DNA of 64,000 nt. It comes from Chrysomallon squamiferum (lineage: Eukaryota; Animalia; Mollusca). The DNA is taken from NCBI GenBank assembly GCA_012295275.1, contig CM022675.1, positions 7,750,001-7,814,000 of the forward strand, read 5' to 3'. Each line of letters starts with the position of its first letter. Positions within the stretch are counted from its first letter, which is position 1. The notes under the pieces were generated by a model. That model did no database searches. It was not told the DNA's origin and saw nothing but the letters and a program-made list of their open reading frames with translations. This document shows positions 1 through 64,000 of this stretch, piece after piece. The position numbers and the translations under genes were made by a program.

Positions 1-76
1 ACTGATTAAGATCAATAGCGTTTCTGTCTGAATGCTAGTCTCGTATTGTGAAGTCTTCTAGAAGATTCTTCCTCAC

Positions 77-22274
<22,198 letters not shown>

Positions 22275-22923
22275 CACCACAAACTGATGACGATGACGAT
22301 GATAACTACTACTACTGCTACTACTACTACTACTGGTCTTTCGTTCAAGATAAAGCGACAACGACGCGTCAGCAGCGGCATAGTCCGTCCTAACTGAGAC
22401 GCCCTTTCAAGTTCTCGGCAGTTTGACAGCATCACCTCTGCATCACCACTATTGTCGTCTGCTCGTAGACATTTCAGTCCAATAACAACACTTGTTGTTT
22501 GACTGCTGCTTGGAGTAATAAACAGAGAACTGATGTATGACACAGCCGGTTATACTCTCTTATTATCGATCTTTATAACGTTCGATGACGCTATATATAT
22601 ATATATATATAAAAAAAAAAGAAATTTACAGGTAAAAATAGTGTTATTACAGACACATACAAAACGAAGCCTATCGGAATCAGTTTAGCGAAACAAAGAC
22701 ACACTATTTTATTTCTACTTTTTCTTTCTTCTGTGTGTGGTCGTTTCCTCTGAAAAGGTTCTCTAATCTGACTAACGGAAATGACGTAATTAGCTAACAC
22801 AATGCCAGGAGAGTTTTTGAACATCTGGGGTGGTAGAATGGATGTGTCGAGTTATCTGTCTGTCTGTCGACGTTGGAGATGTTGATGTAACGTAACAACA
22901 CCAGCAGAGAGAGAGGGAGGGAG

Positions 22924-22996
<73 letters not shown>

Positions 22997-23127
22997 ATTG
23001 ATTGATTGACGAATTAAATGTCAAACGTTGCAACTTCGTGTTTGAGTTGATATCAGTAAAAATAGCTTCCTTTACAACAACAACAACAACAACAACAATA
23101 ATAATAATAATAATGATAATGATAACA

Positions 23128-23179
<52 letters not shown>

Positions 23180-23307
23180 TAGTAATAAGGAATTAAAAGC
23201 TGTATATGAGAAGGATGAATAAAAACAAGAAAGAAAAATGAAGGAAGGAAGGAAGGAAGGAAGAAAGAACTGAAATAACGAAAGAAAGAAAATGACACGT
23301 TTAGACG

Positions 23308-23343
<36 letters not shown>

Positions 23344-23381
23344 AAAACAAAATAAACAAACACCTCAAATAAAAGAATGAG

Positions 23382-23412
<31 letters not shown>

Positions 23413-23442
23413 AAAACATAACACAAATGACGTAAAATCTTC

Positions 23443-23495
23443 ATGATTCGAACCCACAACCTCTCGATCCAGCTACGAAACTTTATCCCCCCAGT
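23443..23495 (-). mobile_element. Possible tRNA-derived SINE head remnant
   Basis: Minus strand GAGAGGTTGTGGGTTCGAATC is a Pol III B-box in T-arm context; no full cloverleaf. Confidence 0.3.
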
Positions 23496-23717
23496 TTGAA
23501 ATAAAACAACTATTTTGAGCCGGACTGAAAAAGTGCAAGAAAGCAAATATAAATTATCACGAAATCCCTCTTCAAACACAGCGTCTAATTATATCAGCAT
23601 TATTTAGATTCTGTGAAACAAAAACAGACATTGATATTCTTGTCACCTTGTGATCTAATAATACAGTTTGATCAGATATTTGTAAGACTCACAGTCATCC
23701 ATACAGAGAGAAATAGG

Positions 23718-23792
<75 letters not shown>

Positions 23793-23969
23793 AGAAGAAG
23801 AAGAGAGGGAGATAGGGACAGACAGATAAAGGTATAGAATGCTTGTAAAATCAAGTGAGAAAAAAGAAGAAATCAAAAAACAAACGTAATTAAATAAATC
23901 AAGAGTTCACTAAATCAATAAGGAAATAAATAAAGAAACAAACAAACATCAAAGAACTAAACATATGAA

Positions 23970-24000
<31 letters not shown>

Positions 24001-24014
24001 ATGAAGAGACACTA

Positions 24015-24053
<39 letters not shown>

Positions 24054-24801
24054 AAATAAATAAATAAATGAAGAGACACTAATGACATCTAACTGAGCGC
24101 CAATCCTAACATGTTACGGCCCAGTCTAACACAGGTCAAGTAATGTAGGTCAAATAAATCACGTGATTTTAACGGGACTTGCCGGTCAGTGATCTTAACA
24201 TGTTAAACGCTTATCATTGCAACAGTAGCTAATAAGATTTAGGCTAATGCTTCAGTTAAAAAGAAAGTGATGACAATTATGTAAATGTCTTAAATGTCTA
24301 AAAAAAAAAAAAAAAAAAAATGTATGAATTTGCACCCAGTAACATACACACACAAAATGGAAAATAAAGACAACATGCATAAATAATAAACAACAAAAAG
24401 AAAAAGAAATAAAGAAAAAAAAAAAGAAAAAGAATATGAAGAAAATAAAGATAATAAATTGAAAAAAAAAAAAAAAAAAAAAAACTAATAATTATAAACC
24501 AAACCGAAGAAAATTATAAAAAAAAATAAATAAATAAAAAAAAAATAAAAAAAAAAAAAAGAAACGAAAACGAAAGGAAACACCAACAACTATATTTGAA
24601 GGGCTAAAAAAAAAAAAAAAAAATAATAAAAAAAAAAAAAAATCAAGGAAAAACAAGAACAATAAAAAATAAAAAAAAAAAAAAATAAAATATAATAAAA
24701 TATAATATAATATAATGTAACAACATAAAAACATATAATAAAATAAAATATAATATAATATAATATAACATAATATAATATATATATAATATAATATAAC
24801 A

Positions 24802-24841
<40 letters not shown>

Positions 24842-25299
24842 AATACATTATTATATAATATCACACAGTATAATATAACACAACACATTACAGCGTAATG
24901 CAATACTATATAAAAATTTCGTCATCTGAATTTTTTTTTTCCCACAAACAACAAATGACCTTAATGACGCAGAAACCGAGGGTCTGGTGTATCTGGTACA
25001 TCGTCTTCTACACACTCTATGACACCTCGACAACATCAGTACTTTACCACAGCAAGCAAGCACTGCCTAATGGAAAACCTATTATCCAAACACATTGTTC
25101 CAATACTGAAACACAATGGAACGGTCAGTGCAGAAAAAAACACACCTATCTCAGTCATCACTTTGTTCTCGTTATTCGCAGTTTCGTGAAAATCATCCTA
25201 ATTATTGCAATGTGAAGAGGTGTATGTATATAATAAAAGTACATACATCTAGATGTAAACATGTATTAACGTACACTTATATAAAAGTACATGTATTAA

Positions 25300-25349
<50 letters not shown>

Positions 25350-25711
25350 GCATAGATACATAGATACATAGATAGACAGATAAACAGATAGATAAGTATA
25401 TATACATATAGACGCATACACACATTTTTACACATACACAGACATACATAGATACATACATATATTCATACCCGTTAACATAAAACAGAATCGTTGTTAC
25501 TACTGCTAATAGTTGTAATGTTGGTTCGTAATTTGTAGTAATGAAATAATAATAATAATAATAATGATGACAACAAGAATTATAGTAGTAGTATTTTTAG
25601 TATTAGTAGACGTTGTAGAAGTAGTAGTAGTAATAATAAAAGAACAACAACAATAACAAAAACACTAACAAGAAGACAAGTGTAACAACAAAAACAATGT
25701 AGACACACCAG

Positions 25712-25860
25712 CTACACCCAGTACACACCCAATGCACACCCAGTACACACCCAATGCACACCCAATACACACACAATACACACCCAATATACACCCAATA
25801 CACACCCAATACACACCCAATACACACACAGAACACACCCAGTACACACCCAACATACAC
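25712..25860. repeat. 13-bp minisatellite (CACCCAATACACA)n
   Basis: About 10 visible tandem copies. Confidence 0.85.
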
Positions 25861-26071
25861 AGAAACAAACAGAAAAAACCGCACCCATGATTTACGATTA
25901 ACCTCCTCTCACTAGTTTCATGTTTCTTAAAACAAAAAAAAAAAAAATAAATTCAAAAAGGGAAAAAAACCAGACTGATAGATGAAACCTTTAATTTGTT
26001 CATGTGTAGAGTATCAGTCCACGTACATTTTACTCGTAAAACTAAACAAAACAGAATCGATTAAAAAAAAG

Positions 26072-26113
<42 letters not shown>

Positions 26114-26341
26114 CCATTAAAACGTTCATTACGTGATAATGTAAGTGAAATTATCGCCTAATATTTATTTACCCGTTGAGTAACAATGGACTGATAGATT
26201 GATCGTTCACTTAGAAAAACAAATAATTTTTATTATTATATTTTTTTTTTTTAGCCTAATGTCGTATGACATTATCCACTCTCAAGCGCGGACTGCATTT
26301 TCTACAATTTACTGAATTTAGTTTTTTTTTTTTTTTTTTTT

Positions 26342-26387
<46 letters not shown>

Positions 26388-26787
26388 ACAGATTATCTTA
26401 TATATACACATACACACACATATATACACGCACGCACTTTCAGAAACACACAGACACATACACACACACACACACACGCACACACACACACGCCAGAATT
26501 TCATTATCTCCAACTACACTTGCCGTAACTCATTCTGTCGTCAGTGCAATTATATCTGACCACGTGACCGCACTTACATGATGAAATACAGCGCACTAGC
26601 TGCCTTTCTACTGTCATATTTACACTGCGAGCGACAATTGATCGTATATTATCACTTTGTCGTCATAAAACAAGTACACAACAAAAGGTGCAAAGAATCT
26701 GCATGGTACGGATCTCGCCTGAAGAGCGACAGATCGCGAGGTCAATTCTCATGACCAGTAAATGCGTAATAATAATAACAATAACAA

Positions 26788-26844
<57 letters not shown>

Positions 26845-26995
26845 TAATAATGGTAGTAGTAATAGTAATAATAATTCACCATGATGATAATAAATAAATA
26901 AAAAGTGGATGAGTTAAAAAAAGTAAAATAAAATAAAGAGATCGTGCACTACGATTATCTTTAAAATCAGGATTGCATAATTTATGTTAAATTAA

Positions 26996-27036
26996 TGACG
27001 TAACGCGTTTGTGACAGATGACGTCATGTTACGTCA
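26996..27036. promoter_or_regulatory. Cluster of three CRE/bZIP-type sites upstream of ACE
   Basis: TGACGTAA 26996-27003, TGACGTCA 27019-27026, TTACGTCA 27029-27036. Confidence 0.45.
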
Positions 27037-27449
27037 TACGAAAAGAATCATATTACCGCATGTGGCGTCTGTAATATGTTTTCGACGAAGGACATAAATC
27101 GTTTCGTTGGGCAAAGAAGAGTAATTAAGAACAGTACGGAAAACAGTAAAGTATTTTAATTTCATCATTTGATTAAGAATCAGCGAAATTTACATGTTAT
27201 GTTTATGTCGCTAAAATCATTGGAAATAAATAATAAAATACTCAGGTCACTTAAACGTAAATTACTAAACTAATTATTTGCCTAAATCCTGTTCCACCTC
27301 ATTTAATAATACTGTAATTGAATCTATTTTCTAATGATAAATTATAAAAAATAAGTAAACTTATTAGATTTAAGTATTATCTAAGTATTTTGAGAAGGAT
27401 GATTAATAAATAGGACAGTGTAAAGCTAATGTATGTGTTTTTTTTTTTA

Positions 27450-27499
<50 letters not shown>

Positions 27500-27656
27500 T
27501 AACAATAATAACAATAATAATAATAACGACGAGGACGATGATGATGATGATAATTATGATGATGATGATACTAATTATAATTATAATTAAAATTATGATG
27601 ATGATATTCATAATAATGTTAATAATGATGTTAATAATAATTATTATAGTAATAGC

Positions 27657-27716
<60 letters not shown>

Positions 27717-28207
27717 AGTAGTAATAATGATGAAGATAATAATAATAATAAATAATAATAATAATAACAAGAACAACAACAACAACAACAACAATAACAT
27801 TAATAATAATGAAATATGCATTAAACTTTGGAGTTTTCGCGAATATAGCTACTTAATATTTCAATTTGTGAATATTCTCAGAAATATGTTTAATGAGTCA
27901 TACGCAAATGGCTATCATCTATAAATATTTTTTTCGGTTTAAGCCTGTTGACACGCCCTAATACTTCAGCGAAAAACACGATTATAAAACGATAAATCTT
28001 GACCTCAGTATTTTACTTTTACATACTCTTAAAACCGTTTAAAAATCTTTCTCTTTTGTTTGTTTGTTATTCACTACGTTACATTTCTACCTACAGGACT
28101 GAAGAAAGAAGAATCAAAGGAAAATAGTTCCAACAAGAAAGAAAGAAAAAAGAAACAAAACAAAGAAAAAAAGAATACAGATAGAAAGAACGAAAGAAGA
28201 GGGTGAC

Positions 28208-28243
<36 letters not shown>

Positions 28244-28354
28244 AAGAAGAAAAAGAGAGAAGAAAAAGACAAAAAGAACAAGAAATTTTAGTTTTTTTTT
28301 TTAGTTTGAAATATCGGGCTCAGAAATGAAATAATAATAATAATAAAACAAAAA

Positions 28355-39968
<11,614 letters not shown>

Positions 39969-40038
39969 ACAGTGAAAACTTGAATGGCGAAATGTGTAAT
40001 CCAGAACTGTGTATGTTATATGTCTGTCTGTCTGTCTG

Positions 40039-40082
<44 letters not shown>

Positions 40083-40097
40083 ACTTTCTTTCTTTAA

Positions 40098-40134
<37 letters not shown>

Positions 40135-40219
40135 TGTCTCTGTATTTATCTTTGTCCATAGATCTGTTTGTTTCTCTATTTATATACTTGTCTATCTTTC
40201 CATCGATTCTCTCTCTCTT

Positions 40220-40296
<77 letters not shown>

Positions 40297-41864
40297 ATAT
40301 ATATACAAAATAAATATATATCGTTTTCAAATAAAGACATACAATTATGATAAGATATACACCATTTTTAAAATTTCACTATTATAAATTTAATGTTTAG
40401 ACGATTAAGTAATACCAGATATTAATAAAGAGAGAAAAATTGATGAATTTACAGACATTGAAAGAAGATTTCTAAAAACAATCACAGATGCTGGAAACAT
40501 CAAATAATCAGACGTAATTTTTCTATAACAAGTTTTAACATGTCTACCTTTTAAATGTGAATAAAAAATTTTATATAACGAAGTCTGCTGACTCTCTGTT
40601 ATGTTGTGACGTCACTGAAACCCGCAGTTTTCTCTTGGAATGCTGGAATAAGAAATAAAAATGTCAATCTTGTTATGTTCGATTTTTGTAGAATTGTTTT
40701 TTATTTTTTTTTTTTTTTTAACTATTATCGGTGTCTCAGTAACGAATCCGATTTATGAGCTCGTAGCCAAAGTGGATTTTTAAAAAAATTATTTAATTAA
40801 TTAATTATTTTTTTTTATTTTATTATTCTTGACATTTTTCTACTTTTTCTGGTTTTGTGGGTTTAATAAAAATAATAATGATGATTATGATAATGGTGAT
40901 GATAATGATAATGACATTTGCCTTTGGCTAGGCTCATTTTTAGAACTTTGTATTTGTTTATTTAATTATTTACAAATCGCTATCGTTTGTAGTATTTATT
41001 TATTCATTTATTCATTCATTCATTCTTTGATTTTTATTTATTTAAAAATATTTATTCATTCATTCTTTCATTCTTTTATTTCTTTATATCTTTATCTATT
41101 TGCTTATTTATAATTTACCTTTTAATTTATATATGATTATTGTTGTCATCATCGTTATCATAATCATCATCATCATCATCAGCAGCAGCATCATCAATGT
41201 CGTACTATTTCAATTATTATTATACCATTTGAAGAAATAAAATATAAATAGCGTACATAACACATTACAAATAAACTAACAAGAAAGGAAAAGAGAAAGA
41301 AAAAAGACAGAAGAAAATTTTTTTTTTTTTAAAAAAAATTTTATCATCTTTATAATCATCATCATCATCGTCATCGTCACCATTTAAGTCGTCATCAGTT
41401 TCGGAATATCTTTAACACAACGCCTACGCACGCGACGTGACGTAATTCCTGTATTATGACCTCATCTTCGTGAGGTCATCGTAACAGAACAAACACAACT
41501 CGCATTAACCACATCCCACTAAACTCGTTATTTTCACCTTTTGCTACAATAACGAGGAATCAATGGTTTAATTTTAAGTGCATTTCAATCCTGTTTAATT
41601 CTTTTTATTTTTTTTTTTTCCCAAATGAAAATCTACTTCATCTGTGTCCGCTTTCGTTCTCTGCAATAAAGCTAAGCCAGAAAAACAAACGAAGGATTCT
41701 TGAGTGGTTTTTAATTTGACATTAGAGGCAATTTATGAAGAATTATTATTATTTTTTTGTTTTAAAACCGTAGATCATCATCCGACCTCGTAAGTAGAGT
41801 GGAAAGAATTTAATTACGAAAGGGTTAAGCAGTTAATGATAATGGTGGTGTTGTAGATAACGAT

Positions 41865-42100
41865 GACGTGGTTAGTTTTGTATATATATTTTTTTATCTG
41901 TGGTAACTGCAACAACAACGACGATGACTACGAAAACGTGGCTAATTTTTTAAAAATATTTGTATTTCTGGTAACTGCAACAATAACGAAGAGTGTGATG
42001 ACATTGGCTATTTTGGTTTTCTGTGGTAATTGCAAGAACAACGACAACTACGACGACATGGCTAATTTTGTATATTTTTATCTCTGGTAATTGCAGCAAC
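41865..42100. repeat. Degenerate tandem repeat, ~4 copies
   Basis: Recurring TGGCTAATTTT...T(C/G)TGGTAA(C/T)TGCAACAA. Confidence 0.7.
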
Positions 42101-42231
42101 AACTATACGACTATTAATATTATTGTTTCTGCTGCAGTATAAGTTATTGATAAGTAAATTCTTGTCGTATTGAAAATTTGTGAATGAAAGAATGAAAGGA
42201 TGGATGAATAAGTTATTATAATAATAATAAT

Positions 42232-42278
<47 letters not shown>

Positions 42279-42356
42279 TAATAATAATAACAACAACAAG
42301 AAAAACAACAATAAAATAATGAGAGTAATAAAATAATAATTTAAAAAGTACAAAGC

Positions 42357-42433
<77 letters not shown>

Positions 42434-42689
42434 AATAAATAAATAAACAATAGAAATGAACTTTAAAATTATTCATAATCCCCAAACTTTTAGTACAGTT
42501 CATAGAAACCGGATTATAAAATGAATAGAAACAGTTTAATAAATACATTAATTAATTTCTAAAAAATGTAACAGAGGTCAAGCATTTTATACTTTTCTAA
42601 TTTTCTAATATTTTGTTTTCTTACTTCTTTTCTTTCTTTCTTTTTTTTTTCTTTTTTTTTTTTTTTTTTATTGGCTTTCGTCAAGAATA

Positions 42690-42729
<40 letters not shown>

Positions 42730-42985
42730 TAACGCATATTGGATGTGAAACATTTTTTCTTAACTAAACCACGAAATTAGTTCTCAATTTACGTTTACTG
42801 AATGTCAGACACTTTTTTTTTTTTTAACGCTGTCGCGCTAGAAAACACATATTAGATTTCTTTCATCAACTTCAGAATTTCTATTATTAGTTATTGGATG
42901 TCAAGCATCTGTCAAACACACACAAACAGACACACGTATAGAGAGACAGACATCCACACACCACAGACATACAACCACCATATAT

Positions 42986-43078
<93 letters not shown>

Positions 43079-43574
43079 TATATATATATATATAAAATAT
43101 AAAATTGAAAACTGATAAATATATATATATATATATAGATATCGATATAGATTTAATCAGATAGATAGATATATAGACAGACAGACAGACAGATAGGTCA
43201 GTTTTCTATTATCAGCTGTTAAATATCAAGCAGTTATTTGTTAACACCTCTAGAGTACTTTTATTAAATATTATATAATTGTTATTGGATACTGCTTAAT
43301 TTACTACATCAGATATTGCACGCATATATGGTTATTTGCACATACAAAAAAAAAAAAAAAGAAAAAAAATATAACGATGTTTTTGTTTTCGTTTAGCAAG
43401 TAAGAACTGTTGTATTGGCAGGACACTACATACCACGTTATTTGACTTAGTTTGACTGTTAAGAGTGCGTGTAACACAGTATTTGATTTACCAGAGATTG
43501 TGATGTGATTGGTTCGTTCTACAAACACTCGACAGAGAAATATTCTTTCTTTCTTTCTTTCTTTCTTTTTTTTC

Positions 43575-43637
<63 letters not shown>

Positions 43638-45530
43638 CTACAAAGTATTACACCAACAAGGTTCGTTCTCGGATCAACAAATTATTAATCAAGAATCTTA
43701 TCAATCATGTTATTAAAAATCTGTATTCAACAAGTAAATCTACGTAAGTAACAGTTCATCTTTATCAAATATCGATACCTTTTTTTTTCTCTCTTTTCGT
43801 TCTTTTCACTTTCTTTCTTTTCATCTTTCTTTCCATATTCCTCTTCTTTTCTTTGTGTTTTTTTCTTTATTTTATTTCTTTATTTTATTTTTTCTTTCTT
43901 TCCCTGTTTCTTTTTCGTTTCTTTCTTCTTTCTTTCTTTTCCCTTCCTACAGAATACGCATAACGACATTAAGGAAAAATTCCGTATCCCGAATGTTAAA
44001 ACAACAACAAAAAAAAAAAAAAAAACGCTCATAGTTGAGTAGAGTACAAAAAAAAAAAAAAAATAATAATAATAATAAAAAAAAAAAAAAAAAATAAAAA
44101 ATAAATAAAATAAATAAATAAAATAAACATAAATAATAATAATAAAAAAAAAAAAATAATAATAATAATAAAAAAAATAAAAAATAAAAATAAATACAAA
44201 ATAATACAAAATAAATAAATAAAAAACCGCGAAAAACCCCAACAAAACATTTCGCTTTGTTTTCTGCAAATTGACGTATATCCAGAACGCTTTTACCTTT
44301 AATGATTGAGAAACCATTATACCCAGCATCTCTCCCGAATCGATACCAACTCCAGCGACGAATTACGACACAAAACAAAAATCGCTGTCGTTCGGAATCC
44401 AGCGCATGCGACAAAGACGATGGAATATTCGACTCGGGACAATAGAGTCTTGGATTATAGACTAATTTAGCTTTGTCTTCGAGTGCTTGTTTCATTTTAT
44501 TATTATTATTATTATTACTATTTTTTCTTTTATTATTTATTTATTTATCCGCGACGTGATGTTGCAAGAAGTCATTGGATGAGTATAAACGTTTTGTTAT
44601 TGAGTGGAGAGAGATTCAACGGAGGAATATTATTATTATTATTTTTTTGACGGGATGAAGAAGATGTGTTTGATACCGTTGAAAAAGTAAAAGGTAAATA
44701 TTTCTCTGTGTGTGTGTATGTCGATGAGATTAAAGGGAGAAGAATTTCGTGTTGGTGATAAAAGGAAAATAAGGAAAAATAATTAATATTAATGAAAGAA
44801 TGAAAGAAAGGAAAAGGAAGAATTAGAACAGAAATAACCAAAACAAGAAGAAAAATAGAAAATATAATTTTTTTTTTTTTTACGACAGCAACAACTATAA
44901 AAGTAGAGACGACAAAAGAAAAGATAACCTATAACGACGACAGCGATATTATTGACGGAATAACTACAATTACAGGAATACAAAGTAGAAAAAAGAAAGA
45001 CTACAACAGCAACATTGATTTCAAAAATAGAAAGAAGAGAAAACAAATGTTAACGATAGCTCCAACAACAGCATAGAGACAGGAAAACGACTACAGCGTC
45101 ATTTGTGTTTATAGGAAAACATAACAACAGAAAAAGGAAACAACAACATCAACAGCCAATAGAAGGAAAAAACGTGACATCAGTGCAGATAATAAAACCT
45201 ACGTGAACGACAACAACGACAGAGAAGAAAATACGAGGCGACAACAACAGCATTAACAAAAGTACACATTAAGAAGAAGAAGAAGAAGAAGAAAAAACGA
45301 CGACGACAGCAACATAAACAAAGGGATAAAGAGAGTACTACAACGTCATTTTCTCAGAAAGGGAGAGAAAACAGCAACGACAACGACAAAACTGTCACCA
45401 CCTTCTAATACGAAAAGACAGAGATATAACAAACAACGACAACAACAACAACAAAAAAAAACAAAACTCAACTACGACAGCGACAACGCCGCCAACGACA
45501 AAACTATCACGACTGAAATAACTGCAAAAA

Positions 45531-62973
<17,443 letters not shown>

Positions 62974-64000
62974 GTGAGTTTTTTGTTAAGTGAAAAAAAA
63001 ATAAGATTTTAATTTTGTCGACGAATTGGAATATTTGAATATTTCAATGCACATTAGAAAATTATTTGTTTATTTACATGATTGTTTATTTGCTTATTTA
63101 TTTGTTTGTTTGTTTGTTTGTTAATTGTTTGTTTATTTATTTTTATATATTTTATTTATTTATTTATTTATATATTTACTTACTAACTTACTTACTTATT
63201 TTCTTATTTATTTGCCTATTTCTTTCCTTACTTAATTATTCGGTTGCATAATATATATTTATTTGCTTGCTGCATTTTTGACTTATATTTGAATATTTAT
63301 TTATTTTATAATTTGTATGCGTGTTAATTAATTATTTAATTAATGTTTGTTTAGATGTATATATTTTGGATTTGTTTGTTTGGTTAACGTATTGTCTATT
63401 TCTAATTCAATTTGTTTCTATAACATTTAATGTTTTACATAAACTGCATTGTTCTCCGTTTACTAGTCAGTTTATTTATTTGTATGCTTGCTTATTATTA
63501 TTTATCCTTTTTCTTATTTATTTGTTCGTTTGTTTGTTTGTTTGCTTAATTAATAATTTATTTATTGGTTTATTTGTTTATTAACATATTTATTTATTTG
63601 TTTATACGCTTAAACAAATATTATTTTCGTACATTTTAATTTTAATTTATATTTATATTTATTCTTTTATATTTTTATTTATATTATTTAACTTTATTTT
63701 ATATTTGTGGACATCCTCTCCAATTTTGATTTGCGTAATAATTAGAAATTTATGTGAATTTAAGAAACAAATAAAAACAAATCTTTTGACGGAATATATG
63801 TAACGTAAGGTTAATATATGCATGTATGAATGTATACATGTATACATATTGGAAGTATTGTGCAAGCATGCATGCAACTATATATGTATGTATGTATGTA
63901 TATGTATGATGCAACTATGTATGTATAATGCATGCATGCATTATATATGTGTGTATGTGTGTGTTTGTATATGAATGCATGTATGTGTACATATATATAT

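Noticed and set aside
43947-44495. 182-aa minus-strand ORF upstream of GC-2
   Set aside because: Second half is low-complexity and the first half has no recognisable motif; more likely the antisense of a promoter island

Overview
AT-rich, microsatellite-saturated eukaryotic DNA from an invertebrate, probably a mollusc or other lophotrochozoan (inference from gene content and composition). Almost all long ORFs in the supplied track are simple-repeat artefacts. Reading the non-repetitive islands and their GT-AG boundaries gives three intron-rich genes. (1) A natriuretic-peptide-receptor-like receptor guanylate cyclase on the minus strand (GC-1): 14 exons from ATG 22274 to 77, covering signal peptide, ANF-receptor ectodomain, TM and kinase-homology domain, and running off the left edge. 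(2) A single-domain angiotensin-converting enzyme (peptidase M2, HEMGH) on the plus strand, 28355-39968, with a GPI-signal-like C-terminus and a tandemly duplicated, frameshifted last-exon start. (3) A paralogous receptor guanylate cyclase on the plus strand (GC-2): 8 exons from 45531 to 62973, running off the right edge. The two cyclases are an inverted, outward-facing duplicate pair enclosing the peptidase. Notable details: a ~250-bp non-coding element conserved in intron 1 of both paralogues; tandem repeats built from splice junctions (a 30-copy array of a 5' splice site, a partial exon duplicate with mostly synonymous changes, an acceptor array in ACE); and two small ORFs with secreted-peptide-like features between GC-1 and ACE (speculative). 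All coordinates and translations were derived by hand.
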